DNA from: Octopus sinensis
Lineage: Eukaryota
Direction of reading: 5' to 3'
Assembly (NCBI RefSeq): GCF_006345805.1
Contig: NC_043015.1
Location: 16,988,001 to 17,052,000 of the forward strand
Length of the DNA: 64,000 nucleotides
Both the position numbers and the translations under genes were made by a program. Numbering within the stretch: position 1 is the stretch's first letter; each line of letters begins with the position of its first letter. Shown piece by piece: positions 1 to 12,589 of this stretch. The notes under the pieces were generated by a model, which saw nothing but the letters and a program-made list of their open reading frames with translations, ran no database searches and was not told the origin of the DNA.

Positions 1-1040
1 ATATATATATATATATATATATATATAAAGACAAATTTAGAATTAAAGAATTAAGGTTTAGAAAGTAAGTGTTAAATGCAGTATTCAAACCTTGTTTCAA
101 GATAAGTCCCAGGCAGTGTGCTTGCAGAGCATGTTCACCACTTATGGCTACCAGGCATTATCAGCGATACTGTGCGTTCATCATTGGATTTGCGTTTATT
201 AGCACAACAATCATTTTGCCTTCATTCTACTCTGTGTGTATGTTGGGGGGGGGGGGCATGTAAATATAGAGGGATGTGTATATGTACACGAGCAGATTGA
301 CACCACTGTGTATATGGGTAAGTGTATGTCTGTGTACATGAATGAGTGAATGTGTCTGGTGATGTGTATGCGTGTGAGTGGGTGCATGTATGCATGAATG
401 TATACAGGCATGTGCACACACGTATACACATGTATGTGTGTGAGTATCTGTTTGTCTGTACGTGTGAGTAGGTATTGGTAGCTACAAAGTCTAAAGACAG
501 GAATCTGACCATGGTGTTATGCTTGACTCCTAGCCAGCCACCGAATGTTTACGCATGCTAGAGCCATTCAATCTAATGCCATATACAGTAGATTCTTTGT
601 AATTTTAATTTTTTATTTTTTAGCAATGACTTCTTGACCACAAATATAAACATACCCACCCCTATTCATATTAAATACTTTGTGTTTTTATTATTTTATT
701 TTCTTCCTGACAACAACTTCCTCACGCTACCAAATGTGTCTGAACTGTTGAATCACACCATTAGCATATAACTTGAAGCGAAAATAAAATGTAAATCTGG
801 GAACTTGTGAAGCATCTTATATCACTTGACAAGGTTCTTTTTTACTGTGCATTGCATCTGGTATTAGTACATCATTCCATGCCCACTAGGAAGCAGTACA
901 GAATGAAGCCAAAATGATTGTTGTGCTAATAAATTCATCTAGTTACACTCCATCTTCTGTATTAAAATTTTAAAATATTTATTTATATATAATACCTGAG
1001 AGAAAGAGAGGAGAGAGACAGATAGACACAAAGATTTATG

Positions 1041-1884
1041 AGATCTTTTCCTTTTGATTAATTTTTTTTTTAACTAAATACTTTCAAACTTCGGACACTG
1101 GTAGAATGTATCATATAGAACATCTTTTACTCTTAGCATTGTTGAGAAAAGTTTGTATTTTCGAAGTCATTTTGTGTTAAAGTTGTCGTTACTGCTGTTG
1201 TTTGTTAACTACTTTTGGCAGTGTATATTTCATTTGTCACTGTTATTTATGACATATTTCATTTCAGTTACACTTGTATGAATAAACGAGTGTATCTGAA
1301 GCACGTTTACTTCATGACACCATCACAATTGTTCGTGCATTTCTTCTGCTTTTAGGTTTTTTTTCCTGTTTTTCAGCTACTATTTTCGGAAAGACTCCCC
1401 CCATCATTTTCTCGCAAATTATTGTTTTTTCTTTTTCAATTTTTTTTTTTTTTCCAAAAAACCAGCTTTTCGGATACAGAGATTCTGGAAAATTGCCAAA
1501 AATTGGAATTTTGAAATTTTGGGTTTTCCCCCCTTATCCCTCCCTCTCCAATTTCTTCATTTTTCACTTTATTCCATAACCCTAAAACCCTAACCCTAAC
1601 CCCCCAAGCCTAACCCTAACACCAAAACCAGTACAAACGCACATACACCGCCAATAGTTGTTGTTGACAAACAACAGCAGTAAATTTGTTCAGCTGAATA
1701 CATGTCATTGATTAGTTGAAATTACCGAAATATGACAACTTTAACATGAAATAACTTCGTAAATAGAAACTTTTCTCAACAAAGCTAAGAGTGAAAGATG
1801 TTCTATATGACAGTATACAAAGTTTCAAAGTGTTTAGTTAAAGAAAATTTATTAATTGAGCTGCCCATGGAAAGGAAAAGATCT
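1041..1884. mobile_element. Long-TIR foldback / MITE-like element with a CCCTAA-rich core
   Basis: Ends agatcttttcc...ggaaaagatct; imperfect inverted arms about 1041-1235 and 1640-1884; internal ccctaaaaccctaaccctaac at about 1577-1620. Confidence 0.75.
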
Positions 1885-2149
1885 GATTTATGATTATTGG
1901 TATTCTTTTACTTCTTTAACTGCTCAATGCATCCAGTGCTGTATAAATGATTATACAATGTTTGATATATAACATTAATGTAAGTTATATAAAAAAAAAT
2001 CATTATATTTATAATAAAAATTTAAAATATTGTATTTTCTGATAGTGATAATACAAAAAAAGTGAATGTATAATATTTACAAAATGCTTAGAGTATACTC
2101 CATGTAATTAACATGCAGATCATGAGCTAACAAAGGTGTTTCTAGATGA

Positions 2150-2325
2150 TTGCTTGATCTGCTAGAAATAATAACCAAGTCTCTCAAATTTTACCCTATT
2201 GTTGTAAAAAAAGGAAAGGCATATTAAATACTGTAATTTGATATCCCTAAAAAGATGGGGGTCATGTTTATGTTTTTGATCATAGGTTTGTTCAGTCAGA
2301 GTTGACCTAGGGCTAAACAACAACA
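2150..2325 (+). repeat. Dispersed SINE-like family (ctgctagaaatagcagcc...gacctggggctaaacaac); other copies at about 7270-7340, 48610-48780, 49210-49400, 58370-58540
   Basis: Recurrent similar sequence in both orientations, ending in (AAC)n-like tails. Confidence 0.6.
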
Positions 2326-2773
2326 TGCATGTCAGTACTAGCTTTATTTGTTTTGGCTACCACAAATTATATTGTTAATAATTGAAAGAAAGTGTTGTTG
2401 TTGTTAAGCAACAAGACGGGTTAGGTGATGGTCTAGAGTTTAGGGGCGGGAGACCCCAGACCTTGGAAAACAAAAAAACTTTGGTTGTCTTGTAGTCGAT
2501 GGCTCTTCATTGACGCCCGACACCACTGGGAGATGGCCCCCGAAGTCGCTGGAAATGGAGATCTCCAGGTCCAAATTCTTGGACGGCGAAAGAAAGTGTT
2601 GTATAAATAAGTGATTTCAATTTCAACTGCTTTTGCTGAAGAGGAAATTCTGAAAGATATTTGAAATTTCTAAACTTGCATAGATTAATTAACAATTTTA
2701 TTTATTTAATCAGCAGTTAAGATTTACAGAATTTATTTTGTTTTTTTAACATGAAAATATTTTTCTATTTTAG

Positions 2774-2934
2774 TATTTAGATAACATTCGAATGACAGTG
2801 AATGATAATTTAAAGAATGTGGCTCATGCTCCAAGTGTTCAAATGCAAGATGTTGGCCCAGATTTTGTAGGATTTGATCTGAAGACTGAATTGGATCCTG
2901 ATGTCCGAAATCATCAAGAAGAAATAGATCGACG
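2774..2934 (+). CDS. HDAC3: Histone deacetylase 3, penultimate coding exon (upstream exons not found in the window)
   Basis: ttttag|TATTTAGAT...GATCGACG|gtacag, 161 nt, phase 0 to 2. Translates YLDNIRMTVNDNLKNVAHAPSVQMQDVGPDFV..., matching the class I HDAC C-terminal YLD-IR-T...NLK---HAPSVQ motif. Confidence 0.92.
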
Positions 2935-3131
2935 GTACAGACCTCTTGAAAAATATTTTGCTTATAAAATTTTTCTTAACATTTTGTTAGAATATATTTT
3001 AACAAATATGTTTCAATATAATCCTGAAGTAATCATGAATTAGACATGTTTCATAAAACAACTACAATTATATTTAATAATATATTAAAGAGGATGTTTA
3101 GAAAACAGCTTTATACCTTATACCTGTTAAA

Positions 3132-3504
3132 GTCATTAGACTGTGACTATGCTGGGCCACTGCTTTGAAGAATTTTTAGTGGTGGGATGAATTGACACCT
3201 AGTACTTTTATTTCAAAGCCTGGTATTTATTCTGTTCCTTTTCATTAGCGAACTGCTAAGTTGCAGGGATGTAGACAAACCAATACCCATTGTCAAGCAG
3301 TGATAGGGGACAAAGACACAAACACATGTGCATATATATACATATGACAGGCTCCTTTCAGTCTCTGTCTACGAAATCCACTCACAAGGCTTTGGTCTGT
3401 CTGAGGGTATAGTAGAAGATACTTGCCCAAGGAACCTCACAGTGGGACTAAACCTGGAACCATGTGGTTGGGAAGCAAGCTTCTTACCACACAGCCACAA
3501 CTGT
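3132..3504 (-). mobile_element. tRNA-derived CORE-like SINE with 3' tail; family also at about 27150-27452, 42165-42316, 43405-43580, 50660-50820, 53260-53420
   Basis: Head ggctgtgtggtaag...ggttcc.ggtt.agtccc; CORE-like accttgggcaagtgtctt; (TG/TA)n spacer; shared tail ...gctccagcatggccgcagtc...gactgaaacaag. Confidence 0.75.
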
Positions 3505-3599
3505 ATCTAAAAAGTTTATAAAAAGATCTAATATAAATCTATTATATTTGAAACTACTTTCATCTGTTTGAACTTGCTTGGATTTGCCTGACTCAGTCA

Positions 3600-4100
3600 C
3601 ACCAGCTGTCATGATCTCACATAATATTTGGGAAATCAGAAGTTGACATCTTGTCAGTGAAGGTTTTTATTGGACAACTAACCTGAATATATCGATGTCA
3701 GGGTATCCATAAGTTGGTGTCACTGATGAGTTCTTATCTAACTCCCCAATACTGTTGTATTGCATACCTCTTTCTTGCTCTCTGTCTAATGACATCAGTT
3801 ATTGAAAAATGATTGCATAGTCTTTGTTTGGTTAGGTGTTTTACTGAAGAATAAGCTGAACTGCCTGTAATATGTAGGTATAAGTGCCACCAAACTTTGC
3901 TTCCAGGTGTTTGGTGTGTGTTCAAGTGGTAAGCCAAGTAGTAAGAGTAAACTTCCATGTGACTGTGGAATCAGTAAGAATCTGGTAATGATGATTGTTG
4001 CTTAAGAGCATCTGGTAACGATGATTGCTAGATAACTCCAAGGCCACCAAGATTAGCCTACAGCTTTTTTTTTCATGAATGCAATTCCTAAATTTTCAAA
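3600..4100 (-). mobile_element. Old degenerate LINE ORF2 C-terminal fragment
   Basis: Minus-strand ITDVIRQR...ELISDTNLWIP resembles a non-LTR ORF2 C-terminus; interrupted by stops. Confidence 0.4.
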
Positions 4101-5159
4101 GAAATCCACTGATTTTCTAGAAGATTTTGGTCAAGTATGGACAGAAAGTGAAAGGGGACAGGAAGGGAGCGGTTGACTTGCAATAGACTAGGCTACAAAA
4201 GCATGAGCAGCCTTTCGGATCTTGATGATAATTCACTACGACTACCTGAGACAGGAGATCAAGGCCAAGGCATTGTCATGCAGAGCGGGGTCAGGTCACC
4301 ATCAGACTGCACAGTGGAGTCCCCTTGTGTAGAGAGAGATATGCCATCACCAGAGGTTAGGCAGCTTGGTCAATACCACCAGTGCAGGGATTCATTTTAA
4401 AAGTTTTCACGCCATTCTCTTTCTGGATATCATTGTTTCCATTATAGTTGTTGGAGTTGTTTGCACTGTTGGAAATGGAAAAATTCTGGTTCAGAGTCTG
4501 CAATATGGTCATGCTTGTAGCTTTTTTCATTTGCTGCTTTTGAAAATTGTTGAAATTCAAAGTTGTTATTACTAACTCTAACATTTGATAATTTTTTATA
4601 ATTTTTAAAAAGAGTAGAATATTATAGAAATGAGGGAAAAAAATTCTGAGAGGACAAAATTCGTTCTGTGATAATGTTGAATGGCATACAAGTGTTTATC
4701 TAATGAAATCACATGTAACACTAACTTAGTAACACAAATTACATCAGTATTTTGATTCATGTGGGTATGTCTGAGCTATTTCATCATTTAGATAACAAAA
4801 TACATTCAGTGAAGAAGGTAATGTAAATCCATTAGTATTATTACAATATTTATTATTCTTTTTATTTTTTTGGTATGACTGGAATGTAAATTATATTTGC
4901 TTCTCTTCTTTATTTAAATATCATCTTTGTTAGCTGGTTTGGATTGGGTGTGTCCAGATAATTAGTGTTGGATCTGTTCACGAACTTGGATTTTTCTGGC
5001 ATTTGTCTTTTGAAAAGATTCTAACAATCCAATCTAATTAATGTAATAACCTCACCCTACTACACTACTCTTCTTTATGACCCTATATCATGTTTAGATT
5101 TCTGAGATGATATATTTCTAGCAATATTAAATATACACAATAATTTTGATTTATTTCAG

Positions 5160-5235
5160 AATTGAACCAGTCAATGAGTTTTATGATGGAGAAAAAGACA
5201 ATGATAAAGATGCTGATGGTTTTTTAGATGTTTGA
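5160..5235 (+). CDS. HDAC3: Histone deacetylase 3, last coding exon
   Basis: ttatttcag|A ATT GAA CCA...GAT GTT TGA is in phase with the previous exon (CG+A = Arg). Encodes RIEPVNEFYDGEKDNDKDADGFLDV*; EFYDG-DNDK is the HDAC3-type tail (human NEFYDGDHDNDKESDVEI). Confidence 0.92.
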
Positions 5236-6216
5236 AGACAAGCAAGTTAGATGGTATATCAGTATGAATACATCTTCTTGGTATGTTTAATATTTTTATA
5301 ACATTTCCACAAATATGGTCAGATTATTTTGTTAAAAAAATGAAAATAGTTATGCGCTGTGAAGAGAATAGAATTCTGATGTTTCATGCAAAGTCTTCTG
5401 TCATCTTAATCTAAAACATTAACATTCTCTTCTCATGGTAAAAGAAGCTTATTTTGTGAGCATGATTGAACTTATGTTTGTCAATGCAGATCATCAGTAG
5501 TTTTCTCTGACTTAATTGTTTTATTCAGAACAATTTGAAATATTAAGCAAGATTTGAACTGTCCCTGAAAAATACCAGTTTGATGAAATAAAAAGTATGA
5601 GTCTTAGTTTTGAAATGTTTATTGTATAATTATTTTGCACTGCTGGAAAGCAGTGGTTTGGACTGTTTTTATCACAATAAATATCTTGGATTTGATGATC
5701 TCCATTCTTTAGACAAATGTCAATCAAGATTTCTGTTTAGAGATTGAATTTTCAAAATGTAATTATGAGTACCCGAATCTTTAATCAACTTATCAAAGAG
5801 TCTACATTTACCAGTTAATTTTAGAGGTATTTAAGTATAGTGAGCAATTTAACCAAGAAGAAAGAAGTATAGAAAATTGAGAATGGGAGAATGTAAGAGT
5901 GGTAAAAAAAGAGGAGAGAGAGAGAGAGAGGTAGAAAAGAAGAGGAGGAGGAAATGAAATCATTAGAGGAAGAAGGATTTGCTAGGAAAATGGTGATGCA
6001 TGCTGGATGAAAATGTACTGCATAGTGGAACATAGCAAGGAGAAGTTCACCAAATAAAACTGAAATGAAGTAATTAAACTAATAGAATAAGCAAATAGAA
6101 TAGCCAGAAACAAATTTCCCCCAGAACAGACACCATAATAAACTTAGCATGAAACAGTTTTCAGTATTACCATGCTACAACTTCTTACAGAAGACAGCTG
6201 TTTCTATTCTGTAGGT

Positions 6217-6441
6217 CAGTGATTCTCAGCTGGGGTCCATATGACCCTTGGGGGATTTATATAAGATTTTGTTGTTAAAATTTATTTGTAGTAAACTTAC
6301 AATACACAAAATATTTAAACAATATTTATACAATTTGTAATATTTAATCATAAAAATTTAATAAAAGTTTTTAGATACTGACCCTTAGTAAAATAGGAAC
6401 CCCAAAAGGGTCCATAGGTAAAAAGTGGTTGAGAACCACAG
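6217..6441. mobile_element. hAT (Charlie-like) MITE
   Basis: TIRs cagtgattctcagc...gttgagaaccacag; same family as 26513-26765. Confidence 0.7.
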
Positions 6442-8319
6442 TGGCAATTTGTTGTACTGGTCCATTTAAGATTGTCTTAGGCACAGCCACAATGTAATAA
6501 CATTGACAGTATATGAAATGCTGAATTCTTGGTTGTTAATCCATTACCCAATAACCTCATCCATACAAAATCAAAATTCTGTAGAAAGGATTGCAAAAAT
6601 TATTCCTTATTTTCCAGATAACAGTTTCATTGTAAGGATTGATCAGTTGCCCAAGTTATTTGATAATAATTTATCAAACTGATTAATATATTTTATAGAA
6701 AGGATTCATTAGTCTGATAGGATATATGATTGTATAGATTAAGCTGAATGTTGATGTGTTTGATAATAAATATCAGACTATTAAGGATTTAGCATATCCT
6801 AAAGATAGCACTGTGTAACGTGATTTTTGTCCTTGGGTAGCAACTGTTATTTCCTATTTGTTTACCCCAAGAAAGTATGAAAAATGGCTAATATTTCCTT
6901 CAAACTTTGCTTTTGTTACATTTATTCAAGCCCCAAAGAATCCCTCTCAATATATGACTACAATGGTCCCCCACTATTCTTGCTCATGATCAGAGATGCA
7001 CATATTGTCAGCCACTAGGGGATATGCTCAAGTGGTGAAGGTCAAGCAACTAACAAGCAAATCTGTGGTATTGAACAGAATATTTGCAATAATGATATTT
7101 TGGTTTCAGCAACTCAGCACTGAATCTGTCTGAAATGTAATGGAAAATTAGACTACCCATGATGCATTGGGTTACTGGGAAACTCTGAGTTTCACAGCAA
7201 TGGAGTTTTGTTTTGTGAGGGGTTTTTTCCAAGTTATTTCACATGCTTTCAACAAATGTGATATCGAAATCATACATAAACGGTTCCTTTCCCCAGAAAA
7301 GGAAAGATTTGGCTGCTATTTCTTGCAGCCAAATAGGTATTTTAGGGTTCTTTATCACTAATAGCTGTTATTTAGTAGCAGGGTGTGCTAAAAATAGCAG
7401 CCCAATTTTTGGAGGTGAGGTATGTTGAATGCACTCGAAAAAAACCTATGGAAAAAAACTATTTCACACTGAGGTTACGAACAGGTCTTACACGAAATAT
7501 TTACCATATTTTTAAAGTCATTTTCACTTTAAAATATTTTTTTAAATATGCCAAAAAAATTTTTGTAATGGTATTCACTTGAAAGTAATTTTTAAAAAGC
7601 ATTAAAATATTGTGTTTAAAGAAAGCAAAATTATAAATACTTACTGTACAAGCAATTTACATTTTTGAAATCACATTCACTTAAGAATATTTCTAAATGA
7701 TTAAAATATTGTGTTTAACAAAAGTGAAAATAGAAAATTTACTGTAAAAAGCAAGTCATATTTTTCGTTGTCAAGTCACTGTGTCTAATTGAAAGATAAG
7801 AGTTTCTTCCCTTCCAGGATTAAGATTATTTTTGGGATATTTTCCCATTATGCACTGTTTTGGGTATTTATACCCCCAAAACCTCTATCTCAAAAACCAC
7901 TTATTTTATTCCATTCGTATTAACAGTTCAGGGTAAACTTAATTCATAGTATTTTCCCAATATGTGCCAGTATGGCTGGATAACATGGCAAGCAAACAAG
8001 CAAGCAAGATTCAAGCTGACTTTTAATGTATTATAGATAGGTCAGTTTCAAAACATTGATATTCAGGTCACAAAAGCAAATTTTGAAGGTAATAACAGTA
8101 ATTTCCTTTGATTTCTAGATGGATGCAAATAGGAAATAACACTTACCAAAAAAAAAAAATCAAAAATTTGTTACATAGTATAGTTGATGGTAGGATTTAT
8201 CAGGTGGTAAAGAACCCTGGGACTGATAAAATGTTTTACTGTTGCCTTTCAAATAATATGACTACTTACTACTTATTTCTCTTATAATAGTTAATGATAC
8301 ATTTTTTATTTATTTTCAG

Positions 8320-9990
8320 AGCGAATCATCTTCAACTTAACAGTTGGGAAACATTACCACCTCCACCACCACCACCACCACCACCATTTTTATTTGTTTT
8401 ATTATCTCTCCTATCATTATTATATCAACATCATAATTGTCATCTTCATCAGCATCATCATTGTTGTCGTCATCATCATCATTGTTGTCATCATCATCAT
8501 TGTTGTCATCATCATCATTGTTGTCAGCATCATCATCATCATTGTTGTCATCATCAACATTACTGTTTTAGTAATATCAGTCTGAATATCAATCAGTTAA
8601 AACAAAACATAAATTGGCTGGAGCTTTCTACATCACTTACTGTTGTTATTGCTTCTGATTTAAATTTTCTGCAAGCTGATGTCTTTGCAGATTTTATTTC
8701 TTTTAAATTGTCTGAAAAAACTTCAGCCTTCATGGGAAACAAAGAAAAAAAAAATCCCTTACCTTGCATTGCATAATTAGGTAGGGTGTATAATATATAT
8801 ATATAAAGTTTTAAGTAATCTAATTTAAAAATTTGATTCTGTTTTCTTTTGTGTATGTATATTTGTATATGTATGCACATTTATGCAGGGGCATGTCCAT
8901 GACTGATGTTATATATATTCGAAGAGTCTATAAAAATTAAAATCAGAATGAATTTTGAATATAATAATATCATTTTAGATCAGTTACATTGCGGTTACTT
9001 TTAGCATCTATTAGGTTTTTTTCAAACAAACTGAGTGATTGTTTTATTCTTAAAGTGTGAATGTCTTTGCATATATGAGTCTTACATAGGCCACCCTTCA
9101 AACAAATGTAAAATATAACAAATTTTGTTTACATTTCACATTAGAGGAATATTTTTTCTAGTTAAATATCGGGTTCTGTAAAATGATAGATTTTATTTCA
9201 CATTGATTTTTAGTGAAAGAATAGGGGACAGAAGTACTGGTCCTGGGAAGGGCAATTTAAATGATCAAGGCAATAGGCATTAGAACAGAAGCTTATTTTG
9301 ACTGGAGTTTGATCTTGAATTTTATCAGCCTACAAGCACTATCAACATACTAACATACCCATGCCATCAAAATATGATGGTATTCAAAAATAATCTGAAA
9401 CTGATATCTAATAAATGCACTAACATAACATTTATTCCATGTATTTATTATGGATTTGTTACAACACATCATATATTGCCTGCCTGGTTTCTGATGAAAG
9501 TTCATTTATCAAAATTAGTAATTTTGTCAATAATCATGTAGCATGTATTCTCTATACATACATCACAAATATCATAATGTCATGTCCTATATAGAAAACA
9601 GGTATGATGAGGCATACATCACAATATACAAATTTTATTCAATACACCTTCACTGTACATATTTTCTATGCTTAATATGTTACTGTATATAATAATGTCC
9701 ATGTACTAAAAGATACATATTTTCAATACATTTATAAAATATACTTTTCAAAAATTGCTCACATACATTATACAATGCATTGGAATGACATTTCCTTGGT
9801 ATTTTTTACTATATGTACAGTTTTATACTTAATTAAGCAGCTGTTTTATTACTGCACATTTTGTGATGACTCTGTTTTCAATTAGATTTCATTGATGATC
9901 TCTTCTTTCTGTATACAATATCAGAATATTCTTACTTCTAGTATACTTATAAATCCACAACAAAATTTATTATAGAAAATAAAAATAAGA
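8320..9990 (+). other. Putative non-coding terminal (3'UTR) exon of HDAC3
   Basis: Donor-like ttg|gtatgt at 5280/5281; strong acceptor ttttttatttattttcag| at 8319; long TE-poor AT-rich stretch; AATAAA near 9978. No transcript evidence. Confidence 0.35.
8363..8560. repeat. Compound (CCA)n / (CAT)n-(TGT)n microsatellite
   Basis: ccaccaccacc followed by repeated catcatcattgttgt units. Confidence 0.9.
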
Positions 9991-10328
9991 AATGTATATA
10001 TATTTTCATCCCTAAAAGTAGTTGAACACATGGCCCGCTTCATTAAGTTTACCACTGAACAATATGATAAAAAAAATTACGTAAACAATACAATAAATAT
10101 TAATGAATAATTAAGTGGAAAAAAACCCAAATATTTTATATATAGACGCTCAGTGAAGTTAATATACAAGATAAAAATAATAAACATTGTTGTGTATTAT
10201 TGTCCCTAAAAGGAGTTAACTTCTTACTTCTACAGCTGAGCTACATGAGAATAGTAAGCAGAACTACATGTAAATAGTAAGCAGTACAAAAAAGAAACAA
10301 ATATATATATATGTATACACACAAACAC

Positions 10329-10377
<49 letters not shown>

Positions 10378-11612
10378 CATCATCATCATCATTTAACGTT
10401 CACTTTCCATGCTAGCATGGGTTGGACGATTTGACTGAGGTCTGGCGAACCAGACTCCAATCTGATCTGGCAGAGTTTCTACAGCTGGATGCCCTTCCTA
10501 ACGCCAACCACTCCGAGAGTGTAGTGGGTGCTTTTACATGCCACCGGCACAAGGGCCAGTTTGGTGGTACTGGCAACAGCCACGCCCAAATGGTGCTTTT
10601 TACGTGCCACATGCACAGGAGCCAGTCCAGCGGCACTGGCGACGACCTCGCTCGAAAATTTCACATGCCATCAGCACAAGTGCTGGTAAGGCGATGCGGT
10701 AACGATCACACTTGAATGATGTGCTTAACATGCCATTGGCACGGAGGCCAGCTTGTTGCTCTGGCAACAATCTCACTCGTATGGTACTCTTAGCGCTCCA
10801 CTAGCAACGGACACCATTCACAGAATTTGATTTCGACTTTGATTTTCACTTGCTTCAACTGGTCTTTGCAAGCAGAGTTTAGTGTCCAATGAAGAAAAGG
10901 CATGCACAAGTGGACTGGTTATACCCCTAGCATAGGCCACAAGGTTATGGTCACACTTGCACTTGTCGAGTCTTCTGCAGCACAGCATATTTCCAGAGGT
11001 CCTGGTCACTAGTCATTGCCTCGGTGAGGCCCATTGTTTGAAGGTCATGCTTCACCACCTCATCCCAGGTCTACCTCTTCCACAGGTTCCCTCAACTGCT
11101 AGGGTGTGACACTTTTTCACACAGCTATCAACATCCATTCTCACCACATGACCATATCCGCGCAGTCGTCTCTCTTGCACACCACATCTGATGCTTCTTA
11201 GGTCCAACCTTTCTCTCAGGGCACCAACACTCTGTCGAGTATGCACACTGACATTACACATCCATTAGAGCATGCTGGCTTCATTCCTTGCAAGCTTACG
11301 CATATCCTCAGCAGTTACATCCCATGTTTCACTTCCATGTAGCATGGCTGTTCGTACAAATGCGTCGTACAGTCTACCTTTTACTCTGAGCCCTTTGTCA
11401 CCAGCAGAGGTAAGAGCTCTCTGAACTTAGCCCAGGCTATTCTTATTCTAGCAGCTACACTATCAGTGCACCCTCCCCCGCTACTGACTTGGTCACCTAG
11501 GTAACAGAAGCTATCAACTACTTCTAGTTTTTCTTCCTGGAATGTGGTGGAAGTTGTTCTCTGGACATTTTCAGTGTTATTTATAGCGCCCGACCATCTG
11601 CCACACACATGC
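10378..11612 (-). mobile_element. 5'-truncated RTE-clade LINE (ORF2 C-terminus, repeat-rich 3'UTR, (GAT)n tail)
   Basis: EKLEVVDSFCYLGDQ...AWAKFRELLPLL...ERRLRGYGHV...GRGRP; 3'UTR ggttggcgttaggaagggcatcc; tail seen as catcatcat at 10378. Confidence 0.9.
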
Positions 11613-11634
11613 ACATACATACACACACACACAC

Positions 11635-12546
11635 TGGGTTGTCCCATAAGTAATGCAGTTTTTTCAATAGCATGAACTAAAAGTCAGAAGGGGACGGGAT
11701 AAACTACCTGCATCAACTTGCTATAAAAGCAGGTAGTGATTTTACCTTGTGCTTATTCTTAGTGCAAGTTTTTAAGAGTGCAGTTCAATTTTAACAGTTA
11801 TTTTTTCAAAGCTAAAATGGAAGTGACAAAGGAGCATATATGGCATATTTTGCTTTATAAATTTAATAAAGGCAACAGTGCAATGGAAAGTGCAAGGAAT
11901 ATTAATGCAGTATATGGAGATCAGACAATAAGTGTAAACCAGTCTCAACTGTGGTTCCAGAAGTTCTGAGCCGAAAACTACAGCCTAGAAGACAAGCCTC
12001 ATCATGGAAGATCTGAAAAGCCCCACGAGGATGTCCTGCAAAATCTGGTGGAACAAAATCCCATCATAAATCTTGAGGAACTAGCAGAGAAGCTTGGATT
12101 TGGTCATTCAACCAGTCATTCAAATCAGCGCTAGAAGGAAAACGATCATCTTTTGTTTCAAGACAAAAGGTGTTCTTCCATCAGGATAATGCTCTGCCAC
12201 ATAGAGCGAGGATAACATTCCAAAGGCTGGAACAGTTTGAATGGGAAATGATGCCCCACCCACCATATTCACTGGCCATTGCTCCAGCTGATTATCATTT
12301 ATTCCACAATCTTCAAAATCATTTGGATGGAAAAACTATGATTTCTGTAGAGGAGGTCAGAACATTAGTGGAGGAGCATTTTTTGTTATGTTCAAGTAAA
12401 TTATGGAAGAGAGGCCTTGCAAGTCTACCAGATAGATGGAAGAGTAGTGTACAAAATGAAGGAGAGTATATTTTAGATTAAAAAAGAACTTAATTTTGAA
12501 AAATAAAGAAGTATAAAATGACCACATTATTTATGGGATGAGCCAA
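11635..12546 (+). mobile_element. Internally deleted mariner (Mos1/Hsmar-like) transposon
   Basis: TIRs gggttgtcccataagtaatg / cattatttatgggatgagcc; HTH part MEVTKEHIWHILLYKF...; catalytic part FHQDNALPH...PHPPYSLAIAPADYHLF...LPDRWK. About 0.9 kb with the middle of the transposase missing. Confidence 0.88.
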
Positions 12547-12589
12547 TATATATATATATATACACATGTACACACAAACATACATACCC

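Noticed and set aside
1-2770. Upstream HDAC3 exon (EYFAPDF...ENQNS)
   Set aside because: No matching coding sequence was found, so it presumably lies before the window.
8294-8776. 160-aa ORF with poly-Pro and His/Cys repeats resembling a metal-binding protein
   Set aside because: It is the translation of CCA/CAT/TGT microsatellites, the flanks have no protein-like character, and the start lies upstream of a likely splice acceptor.
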